64,000 nt of DNA from Lama guanicoe (lineage: Eukaryota): positions 9,110,970-9,174,969 of the forward strand of contig MU056000.1 of NCBI GenBank assembly GCA_013239625.1, given 5' to 3'. The first letter of the stretch is position 1. Each line of letters starts with the position of its first letter. Positions 13,845-27,329 of this stretch are shown here, one piece after another. The notes below the pieces were generated by a model. It had not been told where the DNA came from. It made no database searches and saw nothing but the letters and a program-made list of their open reading frames with translations. Position numbers and translations under genes: made by a program.

Positions 13845-14900
13845 GCATTCGACCCATATTTATTCACCACTGAACATGCTTGAAAACTTACCTACAGCAT
13901 TGTGGATGTAGCTGGGATTGAAGTAGACTGAGCCCCTTGTCACTTAGCGCTTATAATTTAGAGGGGAAGGTTGACAATATGCTGTCTCAATTCAATATAT
14001 TACACAATGCCAGATGTTGAAAACTCCAACGAGCGCAAATATAACATGATGATGAGATGTAAAAGGTGGCATAGGGAGATGTTATCTTCCATGAGGACAG
14101 GATGAGAGGAAGACAGAGAATGACCATCTCCAACTGAGCAGAAACCTGAATGGAGTGAGGGGAGGCTGCATGCGGATGTCTCTAGGCAGCTGAAACAGCC
14201 TGTTCAAGGTCTGAGTCAGGAGTATACTTAGTAAGTGTGAGGACCAGTAAAGAATCTAGGTGGCTAGAGAGCTCCATAAATTATTACTAAATAAATGAGT
14301 CAGGAGTGAAGAAGGTTTTTATATATAGATAGGGTGGAAGAAATTTCAAAAAGCAGGAAGTATATGAACAAAGGTTCAGCGGTACAGAGCTCGTCAGGGT
14401 CTCTTTGAACTATTAGAACAACCACATGGCTTGGGCCCTGTACTGTTAGTACTACAGTGCCGCTGAAGCCTTTTGAGCATGGGAGTGAGATGGAGAAACA
14501 TATATTTAAAGGAGATTCTTTAGCAGTGCTATGAAGTATAAACTGAAAACACAGAGGGAATGAAGGGCAGAGAATTAGTTATTAGTGGAGTATTTCCACA
14601 TGAAAGATAAGGACAAGACATAAAAGTAAAGGTACAAATAATAAGCATTATAAAGGAAGACACAAAAGTACATGGTAAGTGATTCAGATTTGGGGCAAGG
14701 AAGAAGTAATCAAAATTTTGAGAATGAATAACTGATTGATACAATGGTATCAGAGGAGGCAGAAGCTGAAATCAGTACCATATAACAGATTCAGTGGTAG
14801 GTTGATTTTGAGGTCATGGCTTACACATTTAAATATTCAACATATCATTAGATAATTGTAATTCCACTGGTCAGGACTACAAATTTGTTATGTGATATCC
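13845..14900 (-). mobile_element. LINE-2 fragments
   Basis: Antisense L2 motifs: 'catatttattcaccact', 'gagcagaaacctgaatggagtgaggg', 'ttttgagcatgggagtgaga...ggagattctttagcagtgctatg'. Confidence 0.65.
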
Positions 14901-15469
14901 TTGGGTCTGTTAGTTGTAATCATGAAATTTGTGGGCTCCAAAATAAGAGTATCTGAATTCAGAATCTCAGATTATAAAATATATTTTAGGGAAAACCCAA
15001 CTTTAGGAAATAGGTAAATGAAATTTGCAAATGCTAATTTAAAATAATAGGTTGAGATATTTAAAGTAAAATATTTAGATATTTTAATATATGCAAATAT
15101 ATTCATATACATGCATGGAATGCTCTCTAAATCTGTTCTAATTTAAGTTTATTTTCATTTTCACCATGTTATGAAGGATTCTTGAATGTTTAAATGAAGT
15201 ATTTATAATCAGAAAACCACTTTTTGTTTCTTGTGTATTATTTCTTAAACTGTATTTGCTTCTTAAATTTATACTTAAATAAATCTATTTTGAAAGTGAT
15301 ATATATGAAGCATTTTGTAACATGCTCATAATAAAAAGATGAGTAATGCAAGATTATATTTAATTTTTTTATCTAAATAATTAACTAACATCATGATTTC
15401 AGTCACTTTTTAGGACAGGTTACTTGTATTAGATTATTAAATTAAATAAATATCACAATACTCTATTAA

Positions 15470-15600
15470 ATATGTACTATTATTTTTAATAGTTTGCAAA
15501 TGAAGAAACAGAGGCCCATAGAAGGCTGGTAACTTGCTCAATTTTTCAGAACCAGCAACAGGCAGAGTCAGGAGCTGACCTCTGTTCTCTAAATGTTAAC
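15470..15600 (-). mobile_element. MIR SINE fragment
   Basis: Core motif 'tttgcaaatgaagaaacagaggcccatagaagg..ggtaacttgctcaa'. Confidence 0.75.
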
Positions 15601-17612
15601 ATTTCTCACCATTTAAATATATAAAAAGATTGTGAGGATTATGCATACTCAACAATATATTATAATTCTATGTGACGAATATATTTTATTTGATGAGACA
15701 GCTTGATGAAATAGATTTTCAGAAGTATTTATCCTTGGATGGATTTCACAGGAGAATAGAAGTGGTGAAACTTAACTCTTTGAGTTGTTAAAGTCATTCA
15801 AGTGCAAGACAATTAACTCTTGAAGTAAATTTCACTCATTTTATTGTGAGAAGCCAGCAGTTTCTCTTAATTTTTACAAAATTTTATCTAGTGCCCTTCA
15901 AAAATGTGTTTATTTTACTCTAACCACTGAAATTATTGTATCACAGACATGTAATCTCTTGAGACTTTCATCAATAAAGTATCCATGGTAATCAATCAAA
16001 AACTGTATCATAATCAACAATAAAACCCCACCCCATATCCACTGAGTTTATAGAAAGCTCTCCACTTGCCTTGAATGTCTACATAAGTTCATATCTATAA
16101 CTCAAGTATGCAATTTTTCCTTCTTGGTTTACTAAGATGACTAAACACGCTAGTTGGTGTGTATACAAATGGAACTATACTCTGCATAATTTTCTTTATC
16201 TAGAGAGGAAATTATTGAATTAAAGGTAAGAATAAATTCCATTAGAAAAATATACTCTTAATATCAGACAACAAAATCTTAATTGAAAATACCTTTTTAA
16301 ATCATGAAACTAAAATTGTGTTACCCAACTCCTAATAACATTAATGAGAGGCACATGAAATAGTATCTCTTGGGAATCTAGAAAATTTACAGCTGACATT
16401 AAAGTGTCTCTCTGAATTAGAGGCACTAAAGCAATTTATTCACTTATAGAATAATACATTTAGTTTGCATAACTGCAACTCAAGTATCATTTTTTTCTTT
16501 AATTAAAAAGTACCCTGTATAGTATATGTCTGTGAATAAAGAGTTCAGGGTACATCACTTAAGCTTCTCTTAACAGCCACAGATAAAAGCTCTTTTTTGT
16601 AAATGTTTTATAATTTACAAAAGATAACAAAGCAGTATTTTGGAAAAAAAAAAGAATTCTTCCAAACACTATAATTTTAAAAATGTGCAAAGAAAATAGG
16701 CATTTTGCCATACTAGTTATTTAAGCTTGATACGTTAGTAGTAATTTCATTATAGTTAATTTTAATATTATTCTTCTATTTAGAAACATTACATATTTTA
16801 TCATATCCTCCCTAAAATTGTACATAATTCTTTTTGTATTTATGAATGAATATGTTTAAAATATAATTCAGACAAAAATAGCATGAAAATATGTGGGAGA
16901 ATCTGGACTCTATGTGACACATATTTAATCTAAAAGCATATTTAAATTCTGCTATAGTTTTTAAGTTTTCTTACAATCCTTCTTTATATTTTTGTTAACT
17001 TTTTTCAGCTTTCCCCCTTTTTAGTCAATTTTTAAACTTCCTTATGAATTGCTTTCTTTTTACATCTCAAGTATAAAATTACATTTTCCAATATTTATTT
17101 ATTTAAATTTCTATAGTCCATGATTTTAGACCATTGCCTATTTGTAGCCTCCTGTGTCTTCAGAAATTGCCTGAATTTTCCTCATCCAGTCTTTTCTTCT
17201 TAGTTTCTGTATTTGCTACTTCATTACCTACTCCCATATCTTCAGATTGGATAATTTCCAGTAGGTTGTTTAAGTAGGAGAGATTCATTCACCTGCTCTT
17301 CTCTTTGGGCTATATCCACATCATACTGTCAGATCTGTATCTGAAAGGCAGGTTGGGTCACAAAATTCTAAGGAATGTCTTGACTGTCAGGTTTCCATTG
17401 TGTAGGTATATGAATCTGAGAATAGCTTATGCCCTTTCTAGCACACCTGCCTTTCTGACATTTCAAAAAATCATTAACAGAAGAGGAATTGCATTCTTCA
17501 GGGTGGATTTCTAGCAAGACTCTCCTTTATTCTTTGTTTCTGCAAATAAAGCTTTAATTTCTGGGCATCATGTTTCTCAAAATTCAATGATAATGTATGA
17601 TTGATTTGTTAT

Positions 17613-17723
17613 TATGGTAGGTAACCTAATGCCTCCACACCAAGGATGTGCACACTCTAATTCCCAGGACCTGTGAACTTGTTCCATTGCATGGTATAGG
17701 GAGTTTTGAAGATGTAATTAAAA
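17613..17723 (+). mobile_element. MLT1D-like LTR 5' fragment
   Basis: 'tatggtaggtaacctaatg...ggatgtgcacactctaattcccaggacctgtgaa...gcatgg...gatgtaattaa'. Confidence 0.65.
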
Positions 17724-17830
17724 TGTCAAATTGAATTGTATACCCCCAAAATTCATATGCTGAAGCCCTAACTCTCAATGTGACTGTTTTTAGATATAGG
17801 TCCATTAAGGAGGTAATTAAATTTAAATGA
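17724..17830 (+). mobile_element. MLT1B-like LTR 5' fragment
   Basis: 'ttgaattgtatacccccaaaattcatatgctgaagccctaactctcaatgtgactg...aaggaggtaattaa'. Confidence 0.75.
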
Positions 17831-17849
17831 ACTCTAAAGATAATTAGAT

Positions 17850-18775
17850 GAAGAGATATTTTCTGGTTGTCAAACTTTTCTGTATGACAGTTTACTGATA
17901 GTTACATGACACACGACACTTGACTCTATATTTGACAAAGTCCATAGAAGTTTTCAGCACAAGCTGGAAAACTGAGTAACAAATGAAAGAATATAGGATT
18001 ATAACCTGAAGTATAAAATACCTATAGTCCAAACAGATACAAATATATGCTCAACTATATAAATAAGATGAAGAGAATAGACACATTTCAAGTGCAGAAT
18101 AATACCAAATATGTAGATACGTCTCAGGCAACATGAAGACGTTTAAACTCACCCCAGCTCCTTAATTGTGGTCTGGGTATATTGACTTCCTTTTAAAAAG
18201 TAAGGTGTAGGAATGGGGAAAGAGAATAACTTTACAGTTTAGAAAGCTGGCACACACGATCACGCTACCACAGACAGCTGAACAAAGCTGAAGTCAACAG
18301 TGATGATCGCTTGTACCCTTGACATGACATAATGAGAGTGACATTTTACCTCTTGCTTCTCAAAACCCCATAACACTGTCTGATCATGAAAAAATCATCA
18401 GAAGAATCTCACTATTGGGACAGTCCACAAAATACCTGACAAGTCCTCCACAAAACTGTCAAAAATCACAAAAAATAAGAAAATTCTGGGGGACTGTTAT
18501 AGCCAAGAGAATGCGGAAGAGACATGACAACTAAATGTAATGTGATATCCTTCTTGGGGTGCTAGAACAGAAAAGATACTTAGCAAAAACTAAATAATGC
18601 AAATAATGTATAGATTTTACTTAAAAATAAGGCATCAATATTAGTTTAATATGACAAATACATTATACTAATAAAAGATTTAGCAAGAAAAACGAGGTAC
18701 ATGGCAGAGAGGAAATTTTTTCTTTGTAATGTTTCTGTAAATCTAAAACTACTTTTTAAAAAGTTTATTGAAAAA
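17850..18775 (+). mobile_element. L1MC/L1MD-type 3' UTR
   Basis: 'gagacatgacaactaaatgtaatgtgatatcc...gaacagaaaa...tttctgtaaatctaaaactac...aaaagtttatt' is characteristic of L1MC3-like 3' ends. Confidence 0.8.
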
Positions 18776-21722
18776 CCTCTTTCGTACGCTGAAATTTTCC
18801 TTCACCAAAAGAAGAAGTAGCTTTCATGTTCTGGCTATAGGTCTGCTGTTGAAATCAAATTTTAGTACATAATTGAGTTTTCCTCTTTATGAGTTATTCA
18901 TTAATATATTGGTGGGCTATTGTCAACCAGGCTGTTTATACAGATAATCCACACGTTTTTCTTGACGTCTTAGAGTGAAAAACAAAGTCATTGGGAATGT
19001 AGCACAACCTCCAAATTTTTATTTTGCCTTTTTTTACCCTTATTTTAAATAGGGAAATATTCCTTTGGTCCCATTACTATTTTTTATTCTAAATGTCAGT
19101 GCTCACTTGTATTACATCTTTTACTTCTTATGTTGAATATTTCCTTTAGAGTTATCAAGTCTAGGCATTGTACGGTCATTTGTAATTTGTAACAATGCTC
19201 AAAAGCACATATAACTCTTAGAGTCTGATATGCCATGACTGAGTATAATATACACAACATATAAAAACAGAAAAGTCAGGTAAGAAAATTAATATTTTAG
19301 GGCTTTGTTATCACAAGTCATAGAGATCCAATGCTGTACTTAGTATCAGTTTATTGCTCTCAGCCATTCTACACAGGGGCAGTCCAGTAACATTAAACTG
19401 GCAGGAATTCTCTATTTTTGGAGAAAGAAAAAGGTACTCTATTAGAAGATAGTATACCATTTACCAAGGACATTTGAAGTTAGAATCAGGTGGAACTGAG
19501 GTTGATAAATCTACAGTATGTTTTATTAAAAAGTAGCAACTTTTCTGCAATTTCATTACAATGAGCATCTTCCTGGAATGTATTATATCACCTTCTACAG
19601 CAGAAGGGCAAGCACAGGTTTCAAAATAATCCTCAAGGCATAGTGAGAAAAGTAACATGAAAGTAAAATTAAGTAACCTGCTAATTTAATATGGCTTTTA
19701 TAAATGGCTTTGTAGTCTCTTCTTTTAATTAAAATACCAGGCTATGTTCAGCTCAGATCTAATCTCAAATTCTCTTTATAAAATGTTAAAGTACAGAATA
19801 TGCTTATTCCCCACCGTAGTTTTCATGATAAACACGATTATGACTTTATACCACTAGGTTGAAGCAACATTTTGTTCCTGTCACCTTATTATGAATTATT
19901 TGTGTTTTCTGTAAGCTCAGGGTAAAGAAAAAGTTTCATGAAAGATCTTAATAAAATTTTGGTATATGAATATAGTATGGTCTGAAATGTTGAAAAGTGT
20001 GTGATAAGACAAATTTGTGGTATTTCAATCTTCCAAGTCTTTCCTTAAATAAGGTACAAATAGACAATATTCAACTCCAAGTCATATTCACAAGCTTGGA
20101 GCCAATGTTGAAAGTGTCAAAAAGGTGTATATCTGAATATTGGACAACAGATTTGAAAACGCTCTTGTCTTCTAAAATGTATCTTCCTGAGTGGTTTAGG
20201 ACAGTACAGTTTATTCTAGGCAAGATATGCCTGGTGAGGGATTTTCAATAATACCTAACTTTCAAATAGGATTACAGTAATTGATTTTTGAAGTTTTTCA
20301 GCTATAGAAATTTCATCTAGAATAAATGATTAATTAAGTACCAGATATCTAATGTATGGCAGACAATAGCTGGTCATTGAAGATACATAGGTGAGTTAAT
20401 GGTGTACTTAGAATTGACTAACAACAGTTCCCCAATATTCTGATTGTTCACACGATAAGAAAAAATGAATCCTTACTATGTTGTGTATTTTATACTATAT
20501 TCATATACTATACTACCAATATATTAAGTATATTTTATAAACCAAATAAATTTCTGATAAAAAGTTAAAATTTCTGCACTTTCTCATACATAGGTAAAAA
20601 CAGTCTATTTCCCATAGGGTGAATGGCTTCCATATGAAACCAGTTTCTTAAAGAATTTCTGGTGATAGACTCATCCATTTCCCAGTTTTACTCATACTCA
20701 AATGTCTTTCACACTCTGGGATGCCCTATGTACATTCAAGTCTTAATTTTTTAATCAAAGTTATAGAAGGCACACAATTTAGGGGGATCTAAAATATAAA
20801 CTTACTCACATTTACTTTTGAAATATGCTTTTATGTTTGAATTGGAATTTAGAATAATGATTGGAGCAGCAAAGAAAAGCAAAGTTTATATTACAGAATG
20901 GATTTAATCAGTGCTAAACATGTTCTTATATTATTCTCAATATCTTTCTGGAGTCTTGTATTCATGGCTAAATGACTAGTAACTGGTTAATTCAGAATGA
21001 AATCAGAACTGTTTTTTTAGGGAGAAAAACAAAATAATAACAACAAAAAATGGCTCATACAAATCAGGAACTTTTTGTTTTACAAACTAGAATTTCTTGG
21101 AAAGATATTATGTGTAAATATTCTGAACAAAATCTGTGACTTATCTGGAAGGTGTGGGAAGAGGGCAATTTGAATATCAATCACTGTTATTGCTCTCATA
21201 AGGCTAATTAAAAGGATAAGGTCAAAATTAAGAAAGTCTTGCTGAAATTTCTGACTTCCAATCTTAAGGAGTTAGATACTAATACAGAGTGAAGATTTTG
21301 TTTTTCATCAGCCCACTCGAGGCATGATAGCCAGAGAAAACATTAACTGGAGCCAGAGTTCAAGAGTGCAAGCACCTTACTTCTTTCCCTAATGGGAAAC
21401 ACTCTGGAATTTGAGTGCAGGGTTCAACGTGATGGCTGCAGAACCTACATCTTCTAGTTTCAAATGGTTTGGCATCTTCAGGGTGACTATTGCCTCTGTG
21501 GATTATGTTCTCTCTGTAGCTCAAAACTGCTAATGTATTCTTAAAGAATATCAAGTCTATAAGGGACAGTGGAAATAGTCCAAAAAATTGTTTATGGTAA
21601 AATTGAAATTATATTCAGATATGATAAAGGAATTCCTGAATAACAACAGTGGAATTTGGTGCCAAATATTAGAAGGACTTTTGGTCTTTCATTAGTGCTC
21701 TTAAAATTAAAAAAAAATTTAA

Positions 21723-21795
21723 TGGTGGTCCTGGGGATTGAACCCAGGACCTTGTGCATGCTAAGCACATGCTCTACACTGAGCTATTAACCCCC
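21723..21795 (-). mobile_element. tRNA-Ala(AGC)-derived SINE (camelid vic-1-like)
   Basis: Reverse complement is GGGGGTTAATAGCTCAGTGTAGAGCATGTGCTTAGCATGCACAAGGTCCTGGGTTCAATCCCCAGGACCACCA. It has A and B boxes and an AGC anticodon loop, but the acceptor stem is broken. Confidence 0.85.
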
Positions 21796-22959
21796 AACTC
21801 AAACTTTTATTATTAATACTTAAAAAAATTATTTTTTGATCTCTTACATCTGGACTGACATTTGATCCATTCCATCACACCATACAGTTCAATATTATTT
21901 TTTTTATTTTTTATGTTTTAATTTTATTATTATCTTTCTTTGTATTAAAGTGATTCACAAGAATTTAAGACATCACAATGTTTGTCTGCAGGGAAACTTG
22001 GAAGAGAACCCTCTCTGAAGATAACAGACAATTGGCATGGTTGTTTCCAAAATTAGTTTATCACTAGTCACTTAAACTAAGAAAAAGTCAAATTTTAACC
22101 TTTAAAGAACACCTCTGGAAATAGAAGAGGGTATTCATAGATAGATAGTGAACAGATAAGGCACCTGGAAAACATCTAAAGAATAATCAAGGGAACAACC
22201 AATCATTTGCAAAAAAGGATATCAGAATCGTTCAACTGGTCTTTCAATGCTCCTTAAAAAAATCCTCCTGTTTTATACACTCTAGTTTTTAAAAATCACA
22301 CATTTTGTTTGAAATGTTATGCTTCAAAATAAAATCTTGCTTTAAAAAGTTTAAACAAGCAAATTAAAATGGACATACATAACTCAGCATATTACACTAT
22401 CTTTCACTACTCATTGTATACACACCTAAAATCAAATAGAGAAATGACTTTAAAACACAACACACTGTATGTATACTCCTGGTTAATCTCCACCATTAGA
22501 GTATTTTCACAAATGATAAATGGCAAACAGTTCTACTTTCCTTGCTCTCTTTCTTTTTGTTCCTTTTTCTTCTTTATTTCTTCTTTTTTGTAATCAAGGA
22601 AAACTCCTCTCAGCTAATTATTTTCACTCTTCATAATGTTGCTACACAGAGATAAACAGATTTAAGGTTTTATTTTCAGGCCTTTGTCATTTCTTTAAGT
22701 TTTCCTTTAAAGAAAGCTTCCCCCACCACCTGGTAATCTCCCACGTTACTGATCTCTTAGGATCACTCACAGAAGTGGGAAGGCAGACCCTGTTCAGAGC
22801 CTTGGATCCAGAACAGGAAATTCCTTTGGCACTTTTAGACCTGTCCTCACCAACAGGTATTTTCCTGTCTAGGAAGCATGCTATCACAGGCTATTCCACA
22901 ATTCGACAGTGAGCAATGAGGCTTCTTCGCTATCTACAATGATTTTTTTCTTAATTTCT

Positions 22960-23008
22960 TCCTTTCTTTCTTCCTCCCTCTCTCTCTCTCCCTTCCTTCC
23001 TTTGTCTG

Positions 23009-23068
<60 letters not shown>

Positions 23069-23114
23069 TCCTTCCTTCCTTCCTTCCTTCCTTCCTTCCT
23101 TCCTTCCTTCCTTC
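22960..23114 (+). repeat. Compound polypyrimidine microsatellite: CT-rich lead-in, (TTTC)15, (CTTC)11
   Basis: (TTTC)15 at 23011-23070 and (CTTC)11 at 23071-23114, counted directly. Confidence 0.95.
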
Positions 23115-25039
23115 TAGGACACTATTAAGCAAAAATCCCCTTGTACCAGAGGTTGCATTTTACTAATGCCCAGTAGAGACAGTGAGGGAAATTTCACTAA
23201 CAACTCTCATATACCACTCTGAAGCAGAAAAGGTCTGAATGCATACTATCAGTTACTGAGACAAAAAGCTAATAAAAATATTCTGATGTAAGTTCATGCA
23301 TGTGAACAAGGAGAACTATCATTAAACATTTGCTCATAATTGTCCTGGTGCTACTTCTCTTTCAATTCTTATTGAGTGCCAGACACAGAGGCAAGTACCT
23401 CCTGTCAGTCAACTAATAGTCATTGATGTGAATGATAGATGAATGACAAAATGCAACAATATATAAATTAATTCATGTTCAAATTCAAATGAATAGTTGA
23501 TAGATTTTTAGACTGATTGATAAATTACTGGAAAATAACATACAACATACACCTAAGAATGATACAGATATGCTTATGACTATTAATATAGATAATAAAA
23601 ATATAATTCGGTAGAAAAAAACCCAGCAATATTTTATAGACAAGGGTACATGCTGATTTCCATTATTTTTCTATATTTAAAATGATACAGCGTAGCTTGA
23701 AGCATCCTGTATGTTGATTTTCAGATAATAACATTCTCTCACCTATTTTCTTGCTAAATTTTTAACAGGCTAATACTTTCTTATCAAATGCAAATGTATT
23801 TGAAAGCACTGTTTCAAGCTTTACTTAGAAAACAACCAAAAAGATTTTCAGTTTATATTCCAATGGTGATGGTCTTCCGCTTTTGACAACTCAGTCAACT
23901 TTTTGAACATCATACTTTGGAATTATTTTAGTGTTATTCCACTCACATATCTATGTCACTCTAATTCTATTGCTATTTTGACTAATAGAGCTCTGGAAAG
24001 AAGATTCCTGCTGTCTCCCAAGGCAGAAACCACATGCCAACATTGATTTTAAGAGTGGTTTCATATTTTTGCCCATTGCCAGCTTCTCAGAGTCTTGTCT
24101 TTTAATATAATTTATAGTTTCATACAAAATAGTATCAATGTAAATGATTAAATCTAATTTATATCTATATTAAAGTTGTAAAGAAATAATTAGGTTAGTG
24201 GACAACCTAACAGTTTGTTGAATAAATATCATTTACAAAATATGATAGTAGGTGAAAGAGTCTGATTTAAATAAGATAGAAGTTCTATGGGTATTGCTAA
24301 AGACTTACTGAGAAAAGAAGTGATTTGAAGAAAGTTTCAAATTGAATCAAGCTTGACCAGAAAAATGTGGGAGAGGTTAGAATGAAATACATGAGAATAA
24401 CTATGATTCAGGTATATGCTATTGCTATAGAAACAAGCTGTAAAAGAAAGGGTAATTTGGACAACAAAGCCAACAGTAGTATATTTCAGTGTGCCACTTA
24501 TTACTGACTTTAGATATATTTATTTTAAAGAGACTTCATAATTTAAAAGCCCTTGAAAGTAGAATAATTACTTTGGAATAAAAAATACACTGATTAAACA
24601 ATTTTTGAAAATTATATGTAATCTGGATTATTTTTAGGGAATTATGACATATCTGGTAATATGCTATGGATCTGATTCATAACTCCATTTAGGATAAAAA
24701 TAATTTCATAATGAAAGTATTGAAGTGACTCAAAAATAATTATATCATTTTATAGCAAAACCTTTTTCTAATTATGAAATATGACAAATACTGAAAAGCT
24801 TGTTTTTTCTACATGATAAAAAGCATAATTTTATTACTAACACTGCTGTAAAGTAACAAATAAGGCCTTAGTACTTATTATGCTGTAGACGCACAAATAG
24901 TTTTAAGATTCACAAAGATAAAAAATAAAATGTATATTATTATTTTTAGGAAGCGTATAACCACTATATAGAGAAAAGACAACTCGAACAAAACAAAATC
25001 CAATTAATGCTGTAAAAAAGTATTTCAAAAACAATGTGG

Positions 25040-25779
25040 TGAGAATGCAAAATGATACTTTGGAATACAGCTTGACAGTTTCTTACAAAACTAAACATAT
25101 ACTTTTCATATGATCCAGCAATCATACTCCTTGGTATTTACACAGAGGAGCTGAAAACTTATATCCACACAAAAACCTACACACGGGTGTTTATAGCAGC
25201 TTTATTCATAATTTTCAAAACTTGGAAGCAACCAAGATGTCCCTCAGTATGTGAATGGATAAATAAACAATGGTCCATCCAGACAATGGAATGTTATTCA
25301 GAATTAAAAAAAAAAAAAAGAGCTGTCACGCCTTGAGAAGACATGGAGATGAATCTTAAATGCATTTTACTAAGTGAAAGGTGCCAACCTGAAAAGGCTA
25401 CATACTGTATGATTTCAATGATTGACACAGGTTGGGCAGGGGGCCGGATGAGTAGGCAGAACACAGGATTTTCAGGGCAGTGAAACTATTTTGTATGATA
25501 CTATAATCATGGATACACATCATTATACATTTGTCCAAATGCCTTCAAATGTACAGCAGCAAGCGTGAACGCTAATGCAAGCTTGGACTTTGGGCAGTAA
25601 TGATGTGTCAACACAGCTTCATTGACTGTAATACATGCACCACTCTGGTGCGGGATTTTAATCGTAGAGAAGTCTGTGCATATGTGGGGGCAGGGAGTAT
25701 ATGAGAAATCTCTGTGCCTTCTGTTCAATTTTGCTGTAAACTTAAACTACTCTAAAAAATAAAGCTAATTTTTTTGAGA
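25040..25779 (+). mobile_element. L1MC1/L1MC2-like 3' end (ORF2 C-terminus plus 3' UTR)
   Basis: 'catatgatccagcaatcatactccttggtattta...tttatagcagctttattcataat...aaaacttggaagcaaccaagatgtcc'. Candidate TSD aaaaacaatgtgg (25027-25039) / aaagacaaggtgg (25780-25792), 11/13 match. Confidence 0.9.
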
Positions 25780-27329
25780 AAAGACAAGGTGGAAACACAC
25801 TGGAATTTACTTCCTTTGGTAGCCACTGAAAAGCATTTAGAACAGACAAAAGTTAAGGAGACTTTTGCAGCATTTAGGGTTTTATTCAACAGAGACAAGT
25901 GAAAAGATTTTCCTAGAGAACTTATCAAATGTCAAAGATGTTTAAAATCAGAATGTCCTCAACTGCAGAGTTCCCACAAGTCCTCAGAATTTGGAATATT
26001 GTTGAGAGTGGGAGGGGCTAGGTCAATGGGACTGTGAAGCCTTGATAGCTCTGGGTCGTATTTTTTTGTTGTTTCGTTTTGTTAATTTTCACGTAGAAAA
26101 AAGTAGGCAAGCTTGAGACCACTCATTCAGAGAGGGAAAAAAGGTCACATGGGAAAGAGGAAACTGGATAAGACATGAACACCTCGGGGAGTCGAGCAGG
26201 GAAAAGAGAATAGTGTAATTGAGAAGCTTAGGATGCTGTTTCCTCTAACCTGGTCTAAAATAGAGAAACTAAGAGTCTCCCTGAATCACTGTAAACAAGC
26301 ACATGGCAAACACCCAGGGACCGAGGACTTTGGCAACACAGATGCCTCCTTCTGCTCTCCACCCGCAATGGCTACTGTGAGCATAGGAAAAACAGATTAA
26401 CCTTGTAACGCCCTTACTCCCCACGTGCCGTCAGTGTTACAAAAAACTTTTGCTCCTTCTTCTCCCATAATTTTTTCCCTAGGAACTTTTTCAGTATGAG
26501 AGAAGAAAAGAATAGATAACGTCTAGATTTTTTTCTGAACCATGAAAGGGTGGGTGTAGTCCTAAAAAATACTGGCCTGCATCCTAACAGTAATGCCCCC
26601 CTTTGCCATACTGTTTCTAGAGCAGTTTGCAAAGAAATACTCCAGCACTACAAGATGTTTTGGCAAACTTTTATCATAGCATGGCCTTGATGGACATGAT
26701 GGATTGATGACATGAACAATTTCAAAACATAAAAGTCAAACCACTCTTGTTTCTCTTCTGGTATACATACCATTTGCCCTAGAAAGTGAAAGATACTTGC
26801 TCATGTTATTTTAAGGTATTTGAACAAGCCGCATTTATGAGATCTCAGGAACACTGCACATTAGCTTTGTTTTAAAGCCAGTGAAGGGCCAATTCTGTAA
26901 TGTGATTGGTATGTACATTTTCTCTTTCAATTCTATTAATACTAATTTACAACTGCTGATAGTGCATTATCTCTCAGAAATGCATGCAAATGACTTCCTG
27001 AAATGGATCATTAAATATTTGCCTTTTATCAGAATACATTTAATTTACCTGCTGAATGTTAGAGCATTCAGCTAGAGAAAGTTATAGAAGTGAAAAACCA
27101 GTTTTTTATATGAGAAAAATAGCCGGGAGCCTTTTCCTATTTTACATACCAAATAGCATTTGCTTGTACAGGAAAACTGTTGTTGGAAGCAAGGGAACAT
27201 ACCTGCCTTTTCACTATTTCTGCTGCCTTAAATGGACATGGGGAGGACGAGGCGCTCTTTCCTACTGTTGGCCCATTTTTTGTGATTCGTCTTTTCACCC
27301 CTCAGACTTCACTATATCAGGTGTTTTAT

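Noticed and set aside
21378..21552. Possible minus-strand exon (cccttatag ... GAA|gtaagg) with an open frame
   Set aside because: Weak acceptor, unrecognisable peptide and no partner exons found.
21723..21795. Functional tRNA-Ala gene
   Set aside because: The acceptor stem does not pair, and the sequence matches the second SINE copy in the window.
22884..23166. ORFs rich in EGRK/KKER or SFLP/SFFL repeats
   Set aside because: Translations of the TTTC/CTTC microsatellite.
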